Assembly (NCBI RefSeq): GCF_009914755.1 | Contig: NC_060926.1 | Direction: 5' to 3' (one strand) | DNA from: the human T2T-CHM13v2.0 reference genome, Homo sapiens | Length of the DNA stretch: 64,000 bases | Shown: positions 13,600 to 26,082 of the stretch, piece by piece | How the letters are laid out: each line of letters opens with the position of its first letter | Position numbering within the stretch: position 1 is the first letter of the stretch | Made by a program: the position numbers and the translations under genes | Notes under the pieces: model-generated | The model's database searches: none | Told to the model about the DNA's origin: nothing | Seen by the model: the letters and a program-made list of their open reading frames with translations, nothing else

Positions 13600-14800
13600 C
13601 TTGTAGCAGACAGGTTGAGGACTGTGTTGGGAGGTTCTAGGAGCATTGAGACTAAATAGAAAAGCTGGTGCTAGGTCCAAGATCGCTTTAAGAACTTTAT
13701 GCTAAAGCCAAGAAGAAGTCATTAAGTGGTTTCATTGCGACCAGATTTATGTTTTACATTTTAGAAAGAATGTTTCTGCTGTAGCATAGAGAATGGATGG
13801 GGTTGAGTAATTCATAAGGCTTAGGAGGCTGCTGCAGGCACCTAGAGAGAGGGCAGTTGTCTTGACTAGGAAGGAGACAGTGGAAGGTAAAGAAATCCGA
13901 ACATATATTTTGAGGTATTTAAGAGGAAGGATCATCAAGACGTAGTTTTGACTGAGTGTGTTGGGGAGTAAGAGGGGAAGTTGTCAAGAATGATTTCCCA
14001 TTTTATGGCCAACCTAATTGCTTCATACACTGAGAAACAGGTTTGGAGAAGGTGGAGGATTTCACTTTGGGATATGCTGAAAGGCTGATGGGACATCCAG
14101 GTGGAGATATCCAGAGGGCAGTTGCATATTATGGGTATCAAAGTCAGAAACAGTCTGGGAGCATAGATTTGGGGGTTATCTGTGGTTAATAATTAAAGCC
14201 ATGGGAGCATGTGCAATTGCCTAGGGAGTATAGGTTGAGAAGGAAGAGGAGAGACCTGAAAGAATCATAGGGAATAACAACATATAAGGACAGCTAGGGA
14301 AGCACACTGAGATGGAGTTAGAGAGGCAGGAGAGGGTAGGTAGAAAGTGTGGTGTTCTGGAAGCTGGGGAGAGTATTTCAAGGAGATAACGAAAACAGCT
14401 TCATATGCTCTGGTGAGGTCAAAGGATTTAAGGATAGACACGTGCTGAATTTTGGGAGAGGGAGGTAAATGCTGACTTTTGGAAGAGTGCTCTTAAGGGT
14501 TGGAGACAGGAGACACATTGGTGGTTTGAGAATGACTAGGAGCAGAGACAAGGATAGACAGCTCTTTCAAGCAGTTTGTAGTTGCAGGGAGAAGAAGAAA
14601 TGGCTATATAGTCTGTGGGTATATGATTGGGAAAGAAGGAGAAAGTCCCAGGGCAGTTGCATATATGGGTATCAAAGTCAGAAACTGTCTGGGAGCATAG
14701 AATGTTGTTGTTATTGTTGTCATTATTACATTGTTAGATGAGAGATTTAACATGTCTGAACCCTGATGGAAAGACTGTACTAGGGAGGGAGAAGTCAAAA
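13600..14800 (-). mobile_element. Degraded L2 LINE
   Basis: Purine-rich decayed sequence with L2-like motifs (gacatccaggtggagatatccagagggcagttg). Confidence 0.55.
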
Positions 14801-15508
14801 ATGCTTACTCTGAGAGAATTTATAGAGTAAGACCCTTGAGAAGACTGAAGTTTCCAGAACCAAAACTAAGTGGATTCACTTTAGAAAGGAAGGTGGAACC
14901 TCTCATATAGTTGAAATGCAGGAAATAATAGTGTAGACTGAGGTAAGACTGTAAGCTGTGGGTAGAGTTGAGGGTTCTATCATCTGCTAGCTTCTAATTT
15001 CCCTGAGAAGTGGCAGAGGAGTTCATCAGCTGAGAATGAAGGGAGAGGTGGAGTTGGAGAGAGTGGGTGAGGCTGGCTTCAATAAAAACAGCAGAGAGAG
15101 CTGCTGGGGAGATTGGACATCTGGAAATCACCAGGGGCCCAAATGCGGTCCAGGACCAACAAATGTATGATGACTCACGTGTTTTCTTAATAATATTCAG
15201 CAGCGCAGGCGTTGGCAGGAAGAAGGTGGACACTGGGCTTCTTCCGTGCTGATGTTGCCTAATCAGGATGTTATATGCAAAAGAGTTGAGGATATTGGCA
15301 AGGGAAAGGTTGTTGTTCTTGGTGGGAATCTCACTAGACTCAGCTCCATGACCACAGATGGACAGGTGGTGGCAGGCAGAGAGGGCTCTGGGGCCAGACT
15401 GCCAGGTTCAGATCCTGGTTTTGTCACTCATCAGTTGCGTGACTTGGGCTTGACCTTCATGTGCCTTAGTTACCTCATCTGCAAAATTGGAATAATAATG
15501 ATAGTGCT

Positions 15509-15820
<312 letters not shown>

Positions 15821-17054
15821 AACAATAGTGCCTATCTCATTAGCTTGTTTTGGAGAATAAATGAATTAATACTTGAGAAGTGCTTAGAACAGTGACACAT
15901 AGTAAATACTCAACAAAGGTAGCTTTTATTATTAATTGTTATTACTTAAAACAAATAAAAATATCCTGCAGGCAAATAAAGAATAAGTAGTTATTTGTCT
16001 TCTTGCCAGGGGGAGAGAAAAGCCATATGACATTGTCCTTTTTCCTTCCTAATAGCTGCCATTTATTGAGAGGTTGGTATGTGCCAGGCTTTATGCATTG
16101 TGCTCACAGTGCAGTGGTTAAAAGGTCATACTGCCTAGATTGGAATCTTCTCTGGGACCTATGCTAAGTCATGGCACTTTGCCCAGCCTCAGTTTCTTTT
16201 GTGTAAATTAGGGTAGTAGAGTATCCACTCCATAACATAATACATGGACAGCACTCATAACCTGGCAAATAATGAGTGCTCGCGAAATGTAGCTAGGGTT
16301 GTTAGATAATACAACAACAGCTGCACCAGGAAGTTTGTATTTTTAAAATCATTAGATACTGATAAGGACAAGGCAAGAAGTTAAGTGACACATTGTTAAA
16401 TCCCTATCCTGAGCTATTCATTAACCACATGTAATAAGCTATTTCATTAAGAGGCAACTGTACTACAGATAAAAGAGAACATTGGTTTATATAAGACAAG
16501 AGTTTTCTAACCTATTTAATATGTATATTTAGCAGCTATCTCCCAGCTACTTATTAAACACTTCTGGATGTGTTCAAAATATTGTTTTATGTTGCGATTT
16601 TGCAGAACCAGGATATTTTAACTAATAACATCCACAGAGGCTTGAGTACCAAGAGGTGAAAAGAAGTGAAAATTTACTGGGCTATGGGCCAATTTCAGTA
16701 GTGAATTAATGAACTAGCTGTTCACCTTAGTGTAAGCAGCAATTTATATCAATTTAATTCAATTAATGGCTTTCCCAGTGTGTGGTTCTTAGCCAGAAAG
16801 AAAGTTTCACTTACTCTGAAGTTCCGTTTGAGCTTCTGTCTTGATTGGGCTTGCACAGGGTCTCTTTCTTCCCCTGTCAGTGAGCTAAGCCTAATTTCTG
16901 CATGCTCACGCCTTCCCTTCTGCTTCCTGTATATAACCTTGTTGAGGCTATGCAGAGGAAGCAGGCAAAGGGGCACGCATTGTTAAAAGAAAGAGGCAAA
17001 CCCCCTGGAGAGAATGTGCACCTGCAGCATATGTTTCTGAAACCTACGCAGGCC

Positions 17055-17235
17055 CAGTAGTGCTCAGCCCTCACTGTGGCCAGAGTCACCTGGGAGCTTT
17101 AAAAATCAGCCATTACTGAGGCTCTCAGCCCCTCAGAGATTCTGCTTTAGTTGGTCTGGGGTAGGACTAGGCAACAGTATTTTTTGAAAAGCTCCTAAAG
17201 TGATTGATTCTAATATGCAGCTAGAGTGGAGAAGG
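17055..17235. mobile_element. MER5A-like hAT-Charlie MITE
   Basis: agagtcacctgggagctttaaaaat...cagagattctgctttagttggtctggggtagg...gtgattgattctaat. Confidence 0.65.
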
Positions 17236-19364
17236 GCTGGGTCTGTGCACAGAGCCCATGCTGGGTTCTGAATAGAAAAGGGCAGGAGGTAATGCTCAGG
17301 ACATGGAAAGAAAGGGAAATCAACAATAAGCTGCTCAGTTGGGGGAGAGAAGGCTGGTTTTAGAATACAATTTCCAACTGGCTGTGTTGTAATTACAAAC
17401 AGAATGGGGAGCAAGGCACAGGAAGCCACAGCAGACATATGGCTGTTGTGGGAGTATGTTGCTGCCTGACTCTGGGAACCCCAGTTTGGGAACCAAAGCT
17501 ACTGAAGCGTCTTCCCAGGCATTGCATCTCTAGTTAACATCCTTTGGACTCTATAACCTTCCTAGAACTTAAGGGGAAAGGCTGGAGAGTTAAACTAATA
17601 TTTATTTAACATCTATTAATCATTTCCTAGGAATTTAAATATTCTATATCAGTCAAGATTCAGGAAAGTGTATAAAAGCTTTTATAATTACCAATGTTCC
17701 TTATAAATAAAAATAACAAAATATAAGGTCTGGCATCTTTTGGTTTCATCCAAAGTACCCACCAATAAATGGAAGCAGAGTCTGTGAATGTATTCACATC
17801 TGGAAGGAAGAGGTAAGGGGAGAAAAAGGAGTCAGACAGAGAGCAGGTTGGAATAGGTGGATGAAAACGCCTTCTTCCATTATTTCTTAGCTATGTTACC
17901 TGGGTCAGATTACATAATCTTGCTGTTTCTTCCTCTATATGCAGGACAATGAAAACCTGTCTTGCAAGGTTATTGTAAGATGAGAAATGAAGCGAGCCAA
18001 ACACCTGGCACAAGCAGGTCCCCCAGAAGTACAGCCACAGCCACTCTGAGGGAAGGAGCCTGGTCCTAAAGGATCAGGGACAGTGAGCCTGCATGGTCAT
18101 ACTTACCTTGCTTGCTTGGAGGGTTGGATACTTTGTCAAGCTTTATTTCTAGGCAATTCAAAATGCTAAAGCTCAGGGTAGTGGAGATAATAGGGATTTG
18201 GCATGAGATGATCACGGGACTGTGAAAAGAAACTTGTGGACAAAGGTCTTCACCTAACTTTCCTAGTAAAACTGGTTAACTATTAAAGTTCATTGTGGCT
18301 TTCTGAGAAGAAGATTTACAAAGCTAAGTGAATTGAGCACTAAGAAATTGGCAAGCCTGTTTTATATTGCTTAGCTCTCTTAAGAATCATTTGAGGCATG
18401 CTGTATAGTTTTTCCTTAGCTTAACATTTTTTCTGGGTTAAAACAGGAATTACAATGTTGCCACATGCAAATTTTTTAAAAGAGGAAGATGTGGATGGAC
18501 AAGTGACCAGGAATCCATGACTATAACTTAATTCTTTTCGTGCATTATGTCTATCAATTAATATATAGTTTTGTTCCTGCAAAATGGCTTCATTTACATT
18601 TGATGCTAGAAAAAAGCAAGTTATTAATATAGGGTCAGAAACCTCAGCTTTTGATACTAGAATTGATAGATTACATAAAATTTTAATATTCCTAGTGAAT
18701 CCAGTGAATTATAAAATTATATAAGCCCATTGTTATAGCTTTAATGGGGTATAAATGACAAATAATGGACTGTACACATTTAAAATATACAGTCTGAGAG
18801 TTTTTGACATACTTTTACACCCATGAAAGCATTACCATAATCGAGGTAGTGGTCATACCTACCATTCCTGCAAGCTTCCTGTGTTCTTTGGTAAGTCATC
18901 TGTTGTACCCTTTCCCACCCCAGCTCCCAGTCAATTATTGAGCTGCTTTCTGTCACTATAGATTCGTTTGCAATTTCCAGAATTTTATATAAGTGAAATC
19001 ATACGGTGCGTACTCCCTTTTTTTTTTGTCTGACTTCTTTCACTCAGCATATTTTGAGTTACACCCATGTTACACTCATCAGTAGTTCAATCTTTTTTAT
19101 TGCTGAGTTGTAGTTCATGGTATGAATGTACCAAAATTTGTTTACCCATCATCTGTTGATGGATATTTGGGTTGTTTCCAATTTGGGCCTATTACATATA
19201 CAGCCGATACGAACATTCATGTATAAATCCCTGTATGGACATGACGTTTTATTTTTCTTGTGTAAATACCTGCAAGTGGAATGAGTGGATCATACAGAAG
19301 TTATACTTTAACATTTTACATTCTCACCTGTAGTGTGTGAGTTCTAGTTCCTCCACATCCTTGC

Positions 19365-19825
19365 TGTTATGGACTGAACTGTGTCCCCTCAAAAGATGCT
19401 GAAGTCCTAACCCCCAGTACCTGTAAATGTGACCTTATTTAGAAATACGGTCTTTGCAGATGATCAAGTTAAGATGAGGTCATTAGGGTGAGCCATAATC
19501 CAATATGCCTGGTGTCCTTATAAAAAGAGGAGATTTGGACATAGGCACAGACATACAGCTGAAGAGAACACCATGTGAATATGAAGACAGAGGTTGGGGT
19601 ATGCATCTACAAGCCTAGGAGAGCCAAAGACTGCCAGCAAAACACCAGAAGCTAGGAGACGGGCCTGGCGCAGATTCTCCCTCACGGCTCCCAGAAGGAA
19701 CCCACCCTGTCAACATCTTGATCTCAAATGTGTGGCCTCCAGTACTGTGAGACTATACATTTACATTGTTCAAGCCACCTAGTTTGTGGAAATTTGTTAG
19801 GGGAGCCCTATGATATGAGTATACT
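19365..19825 (+). mobile_element. MLT1 (MaLR) solo LTR
   Basis: tgttatggactgaactgtgtcccc...gtgaccttatttagaaatacggtctttgcagatg...ttcaagccacctagtttgtgg. Confidence 0.85.
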
Positions 19826-20095
19826 TAACAACACTTAGTATGGTTGATCTTTTAAATTTTAACCATTCCGATAGGAGGATAGTGGCATTTCATTGTGGTT
19901 TAAATTTCTGTTTATCTAATAACTAATGATTTTGAAAATCATTTCTTGTGCTTATTTGGTATCCGCATGTCAAATAGTGGTGGAATACGTTCAAATTCTT
20001 TGTCTCTTTTTTTTCTTCATTGTGTTGTTTTCTTCTTATTGAGTTTTGAGAAATTTTTATATATTCTAGATACAAGTTCCTTATTAGATATATAA

Positions 20096-20437
<342 letters not shown>

Positions 20438-20709
20438 TTAATATTGGTTTTTTGAAGAATGTAAGTTTTAGATTTTGGTGGTTCACCTTATCAATATGTT
20501 CTTTTATGGATCCTTGAATCTAAGGAATCTTTGACTAACCCAAGGTCACAAAGATAGTCTATGTTTTCTTCTAAATGCCATTATACTTTTAGATTTTACT
20601 TTTAGGTCTGTGGTTCATTTGGTGTTGATGTTTATGCATGCTGTGAAGTTTTTTAAAAAAATATGAATATTCAATTGTTCCAACATATTTATTGGATAGA
20701 CCATCCTTT

Positions 20710-21433
20710 CAAAGCAGCATCATTGTCTGGGGTAAATACCTAAGATTTGTTGTCTCATGGCCACAGAAAACTAGGACAGAGATACACAAAAGGTGAAGTT
20801 CAGAGCAGAATTTTAATAGGTGAAAGAAAGAGAAGAGCTCTCTCCTGCAGAGAGGGGTCCCGAGTGGGTTTTCCGGTCCACAGCGAAATGCAAAGGGTTT
20901 TATAGATGAGCTTGAGGAGGTGGTGTCTGATTTACATAGGGCAAAAAATATTGGTTGGACCAGGTGTGCCATTTGCATAAGGTGTAAAAATCTGGTTAGG
21001 GCTAGGTGTACCATTTGCATTAAGTGCAAAAATCTGGCCATCCCCACCCTAATCTTTTATTATGCAGATGGATTCTCTGCCTGGCCAGCACCACGTTGCC
21101 TGCCTCTTTACTGTACACATGGTGACAAAGAAAAGGGAAGATGGAGCCTCCATGTTGAGTATACCTGGCCCCCAGGTAGCCCTCTTCTATTGGCACAGCT
21201 GCCAGCATTCCCCTATGCAAGCTTCCAGTTTGATAATCTATGTCTTAGATTATCAGCTTGTCTTAGATTATAAATAGCTTGCTTATCTATGTCAGCAGCT
21301 TGATTTTTCAGGCTGCTCTTTGTTAGAAAAGGAATGGTTTTGAGGCTGCTTTTTTTGTTAAAAGGAAAATTCTGCTGAGGACTCTGTCGTCCTTACTATC
21401 TGCCTAAATAATTTCTTTCTAGATCCTGTATCA
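20710..21433 (-). repeat. 3' LTR of the Pro-primed ERV
   Basis: Minus strand begins TGATACAGG. TATAAAA at 20898-20904, ATTAAA near 20812-20817, two octamers. Confidence 0.9.
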
Positions 21434-21678
21434 TAATCCCCCCTCAGGAGTGGTAACCCTAACTGCTATTAGGGGGTGTTGGACGATGACTCTTTCTGGC
21501 TACTTCCTGCTGAAAAGGGGCATCGTGTGGGGAACAGCAGTTAAGGCTCCTCCTGGGGTCAATCTAAGGACCCTCAGAAGAATGGTGTGTCCATGCATGG
21601 TTTCATCACAGCACTGTTTGAAGTTTAATAGCTTCTAGGTGAGAAGAGATAAATTTTACAAGAAGGCTTGTTGTAAAT

Positions 21679-21874
21679 ATATGTTCAATATAGGGTTTGA
21701 ATATGAGTATTAGGTGTAATACTCACATTAAGAATATGAGTATTAGGTATAGTATATATATATGTTCAATATAGGGTTTTCATATGAGTATTAGGTATAA
21801 TACTCATATTAAGAATATGAGTATTAGGTGTAATACTCATATTAAGAACATGAGTATTAGGTATAGTATATATA

Positions 21875-21932
<58 letters not shown>

Positions 21933-21958
21933 CAATATAGGGTTTTAATATGAGTATT
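21679..21958. repeat. Palindromic AT-rich minisatellite with embedded (TA)n
   Basis: Repeated aatatgagtatta / taatactcatatt units and three copies of tatgttcaatatagggttt. Confidence 0.9.
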
Positions 21959-21974
21959 ACAATTACCACTATTT

Positions 21975-22257
21975 GGCCAGTCGTGGTGGCTCACACCCAT
22001 AATCCCAGCACTTTTGGAGACCATGGTGGGCAGATCACCTGGGGTCAGGAGTTCAAGATCAGCCTGCTAACATGGCAAAACCCTGTCTCTACTAACAATA
22101 CAAAAATTAGCCAGGCATCGTGGCAGGCGCCTGTAATCCCAGCTACTCAGGAGGCTGAGGCAGGAGAATCACTTGAACCCATAAGGTGGAGGTTGCAGTG
22201 AGTTGAGATCACGCCACTGCACGACAGAGTGAGACTTTGTCTCAAAAAAAAAAAAAG
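21975..22257 (+). mobile_element. AluS inserted into the ERV 3' region
   Basis: Dimer with a short right-arm deletion. TSD attaccactatt on both sides. Confidence 0.92.
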
Positions 22258-22869
22258 ATTACCACTATTAGTGCGGGTATTACAGGCCATAACCATGATA
22301 GTAGAGTTTGTTTGATACCTCTTAGTCATTTTGATGGGTTGTAATACTGGTTTGACTCCACCAGATTTCACTGTACTTTACCAGAAGCATTAATATAGAA
22401 GCAACATTTTTTCTTTCAGGAAAAGTGGCATTGGATTGGGTGGCCAGAGTAATTTTAGTGTTAACTTTGGCTAAATCTTTCCTGTAATTATCAATCCTGT
22501 TATAAAGATGATAACTAGGCAGAATATTACAGCAATTATAATTTTCCATCCAGAATTCCACTTTGCAGGTGCCACAGTGGCACCTGTGCAATAGTCCTAA
22601 TGCAAATAGTACAGTGAGTATAGTAATCCTACAAGTGTGGCAAAATAAATAATTTCCATTTAAAATTTTACTCACCAAGATATAGAATTTCCCTTTAAGG
22701 GTCAAAAAGGAGTTCTAATATCTGACAGCAAATCTTGAGAGGAAAAGTAGAAATGACTAAAAATAGAGAAGGTAGGAGTGGGACTGAGTAGGATGAGTAG
22801 CCCTTACTCATTTACTTATCTTTTATGATTTTCAGCTTAAGATCTCCTATTTCTTCGCATTGACATCCA

Positions 22870-25740
22870 GGACATTCCTCTGGGCTGTCTGGGGCTTTCC
22901 AGCTGTCCCAGCTTTTCAGCTTTGACTCAAGTGTAATTTATCCAGGAATCCATACCTGTAGCTTTTACTGTCGAGGAGGTTGAAAGAACAGTGTAGAGTC
23001 CTTCCCAGCTTGGGCTTAGGAAAGGAGAGCAAGAAGGGAGAGCTTTCACCAATACTGGATCTCCTGGGTTAAATAAACGTGGTCTTATTTCTTGGGGTTG
23101 GGCTTCTGCTAGTTGTATTAATTCCTACTGGAAGTGAGCCAGAGAGGTTACATGCTTAACCATTTGAGAGGTTTCCTGGTCTAATAGAAAGTCATTGGTA
23201 AGGAAAAGCTGTCCATACACCATTTTGAAAGGGCTTAGACCTAACTTTAAAAGGGTATTTCTCACCCACAGTAAAGCCATGTGAAGAAGAGTGACCCAAG
23301 GAAGGTGAGTTTCTTGGGATAGTTTTCTGAGATGTCTTTTGATAACATCATTTGTTTTCTCTACCTTTCCTGAGGACTGGGTTCTCCAAGCACAATGGAG
23401 AAGATATTGTACGTCTAGTGCCTTTGAAACCCCCTGTGTGATGGCTGCCTTAAATGAGGGGCCTTTGTCACTTTTGAGGTATTTGGGTAGGACAAAGTGG
23501 GGAGTTATTTCATTAACTAACACTTTTATTACCTCAGAGGCCTTTTCTGTACAGCATAGAAATGCTTCTACCCAGTTAGTGAAAGCATCTACCCATACCT
23601 GGAGGTATTGGATGCCCTTCATCTTTGGCATATGGGTAAAGTCTACCTGCCAGTCCTCCCCTGGATAGCTTCCCATACTTTGGGTTTGAGGAGGAAGGAG
23701 CCACCTATTGAGGGGATTATTTTTAAGACAGACTTCACAAGCATTAACAACCTATTTGACTGTTTTTAATAAGTTCTCTCCTGAAAACAATCTCTGGGCA
23801 CACTGATAAACTTATCCTTTATCAAGTGAAAAGCTTGGGGAAGGATTTTAAGGACTTTCCACAGGCTGGAGGCTGGCAAGTGGAGTTTATCCTCCTCTGA
23901 CTGTAGCCATCCTAAGGGCTGGAAAGTGTACCCTCGAGAGATGGCCCATTCTATCTCTACAGGGGAGTGCTGAGGCTTAATTTCCCTTATGGAGCCTTCC
24001 CAGATTAGAGGGGCTTCAAGTGTGTTGATACCCTGAGGCTTCATTGCTGCTGACTTGGCTGCCTGATCAGCTAGATTGTTTCCTTTGGCTGTTCCCTTCT
24101 GATGTCCCTTACAATGCATCACTGCTATCTCTTGTGGAAGAAAAACTGAGGATAACAAGCTGTTAATTTCCTGGTGGTATTCAGAGCGACTACTGCATAC
24201 CCTGCCATATGAACTCCTTGCTCTACAAAGTTACTTCCATCCATAAAGAGGTTCCAGTCTGGATTTTCTAGGGGAGTTTGCCTGATATCCTCCCTGGCTT
24301 CATAGGTCTGTACCATAACTTGTTCACAGTTATGTTCAGTTTTCTCAGGGAGGAAAGTGGCCAGATTTAGGCAAGAACAAGTTTTCAATTGGATTGTAGA
24401 CACTTCTAACAGCAAATCCTGATATTTAAGGAGCTGGCTGGCTGTTAGCCAAAGGCTTTCCCTGGAAGACAGCAATCTTGCTATATTATGTGGGGCCTAA
24501 ATAGTTAAGCCATTTCCCAGGGTCAATTTGGCGGCCTCTGGTACGAGTCAGGTCACTGTGGCAACTGCTCGGAGGCATGCTGGCCATCCTTTAGCCACCA
24601 AAATAAGTTCCTTACTCAGGTAGTTCAGTGGCTGTTGAGCTGGTCCTTGGGCCTGCGTTAAAACTCCCAAGGCCATTTCCTTCCTTTCTGATACATAAAG
24701 ATTGAAGGCCCTCCCTATGGGAAGGCTGAGGGCTGGTGCCTTAAGTAAGGCTTGTTTTAACTGGTTAAAGGCCTTTTGAGCTTCAGGTTCCCAGGTTAAG
24801 AAATAAGTTTTAGTTGCTTGAGTTTCTGTTATGAGGTGACATAAGGGAAGTGCTATCTCGCCGTACCCAGGTATCCATAGTCTGCAAAATCCCATAATGT
24901 CCCAAAATCCTCTTAGTTGCTTGAGGGTTTTAGGGAGGGGAAAGGAGGAAATAATCCTTTCTTCCCCTAGTCTTCTGGTCCCTTCTGTCAACACTAAACC
25001 CAGGTACTTCACTGAGGTTTGGCCAAACTGGGCCTTAGATTTTGAAACCTTACATCCTCTGTTGGCTAAGAAATTAAGAAGAGCTTCAGTGCCTTCCTGA
25101 GAGGCTTCCTCAACTGAGGCACAGACCAATATATCATCTATATATTGCAAGACCCTGACCTGAGGATGGGAAAACTTGGAAAGGTCCTTTGACACTGCCT
25201 GTCCAAACAAGTGAGGACTGTCTCAAAATCCCTGAGGCAGCACCATCCATGTTAACTGGGTGGTTTGGCTGGAGGGATATTTGAAGGAAAACAAGTATTG
25301 AGAGTCAGGATGTAACAGTATACAGAAAAAGGCAACCTTTAGATCTAGGACTGTGAACCATTTAGCTCCCTCAGGTATTTGAGTTAGCAAGGTATAGGGA
25401 TTAGAGACCGCCAGATGAATTGAGACTATGGACTCATTAATGAGATGGAGGTCCTGAACTAGTCTTCATTCCCCATTGGGTTTTTGCACTCCTAATATTG
25501 GGGTGTTGCAGAAGCTGTTACAGGGTTGAGGAGGCCCTGCATCTTCAGCTTATTAATAATGGCTTCTAGCCCTTTCCTAGCCTCTGGCTTTAGGGGATAT
25601 TGACTGGTTAGGAAAAGAAGTGGGATCCTTAAGATGGATCTGGACTGGCCTAGCGGTTATAGCTCAACCTATTCTTCCTTGAGTTGCCCATACTTCTGGA
25701 TTAATATTAACTTCCACCAGGGGGAGACAAAGAGTGTCTT
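22870..25740 (-). pseudogene. ERV pol remnant (RT, RNase H, integrase), broken into several ORFs
   Basis: RT LQYIDD (ORF 24548..25210). RNase H FMDGS and HCKGHQ..GNNLADQAAK. Integrase WQVDFTHMP / SDKGPSF / QSSGKVE (ORF 23125..23676). Confidence 0.92.
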
Positions 25741-26082
25741 GGGGCTAGCAGGATGCTGGCCCCCATGCGAGCTAAAATATCTCTACCTAATAAAGGAGTG
25801 AGATTTTCTGGCATGATTAAGAAGGCATGTGTAAATAATGGGTCCCCCCCAACTACAACTAAGGGGTTAAGAAAAATTTCAGGTTAGAACCTTTCCCGAG
25901 ATGTGCATTATGGTTGTGCTATGGGAAGAGGGGAGGTCTGGATCAGAGAGAAGAGAGAGGCTGGCTCCAGTGTCCAGAAGGAAGTCCACCCTCCTTCCTT
26001 CAATTTCCAGAATTACCCAGGGGTCCTGTGCAGTGACAGCAGTTTGAGGTGCTGGAGCTAAGGGTTTGAGCCCTGAGAGCAT
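25740..26082 (-). pseudogene. ERV protease remnant
   Basis: VDFLLDTGAS aspartic-protease motif in ORF 25879..26265. Confidence 0.85.

Noticed and set aside
21450-22870. Possible env gene / syncytin-like ORF in the ERV
   Set aside because: Only ~1.4 kb, interrupted by an Alu and a minisatellite. No furin site, CKS-17/ISD or CX6CC motif recognised. ORF 22322..22705 is at most a decayed env leader.
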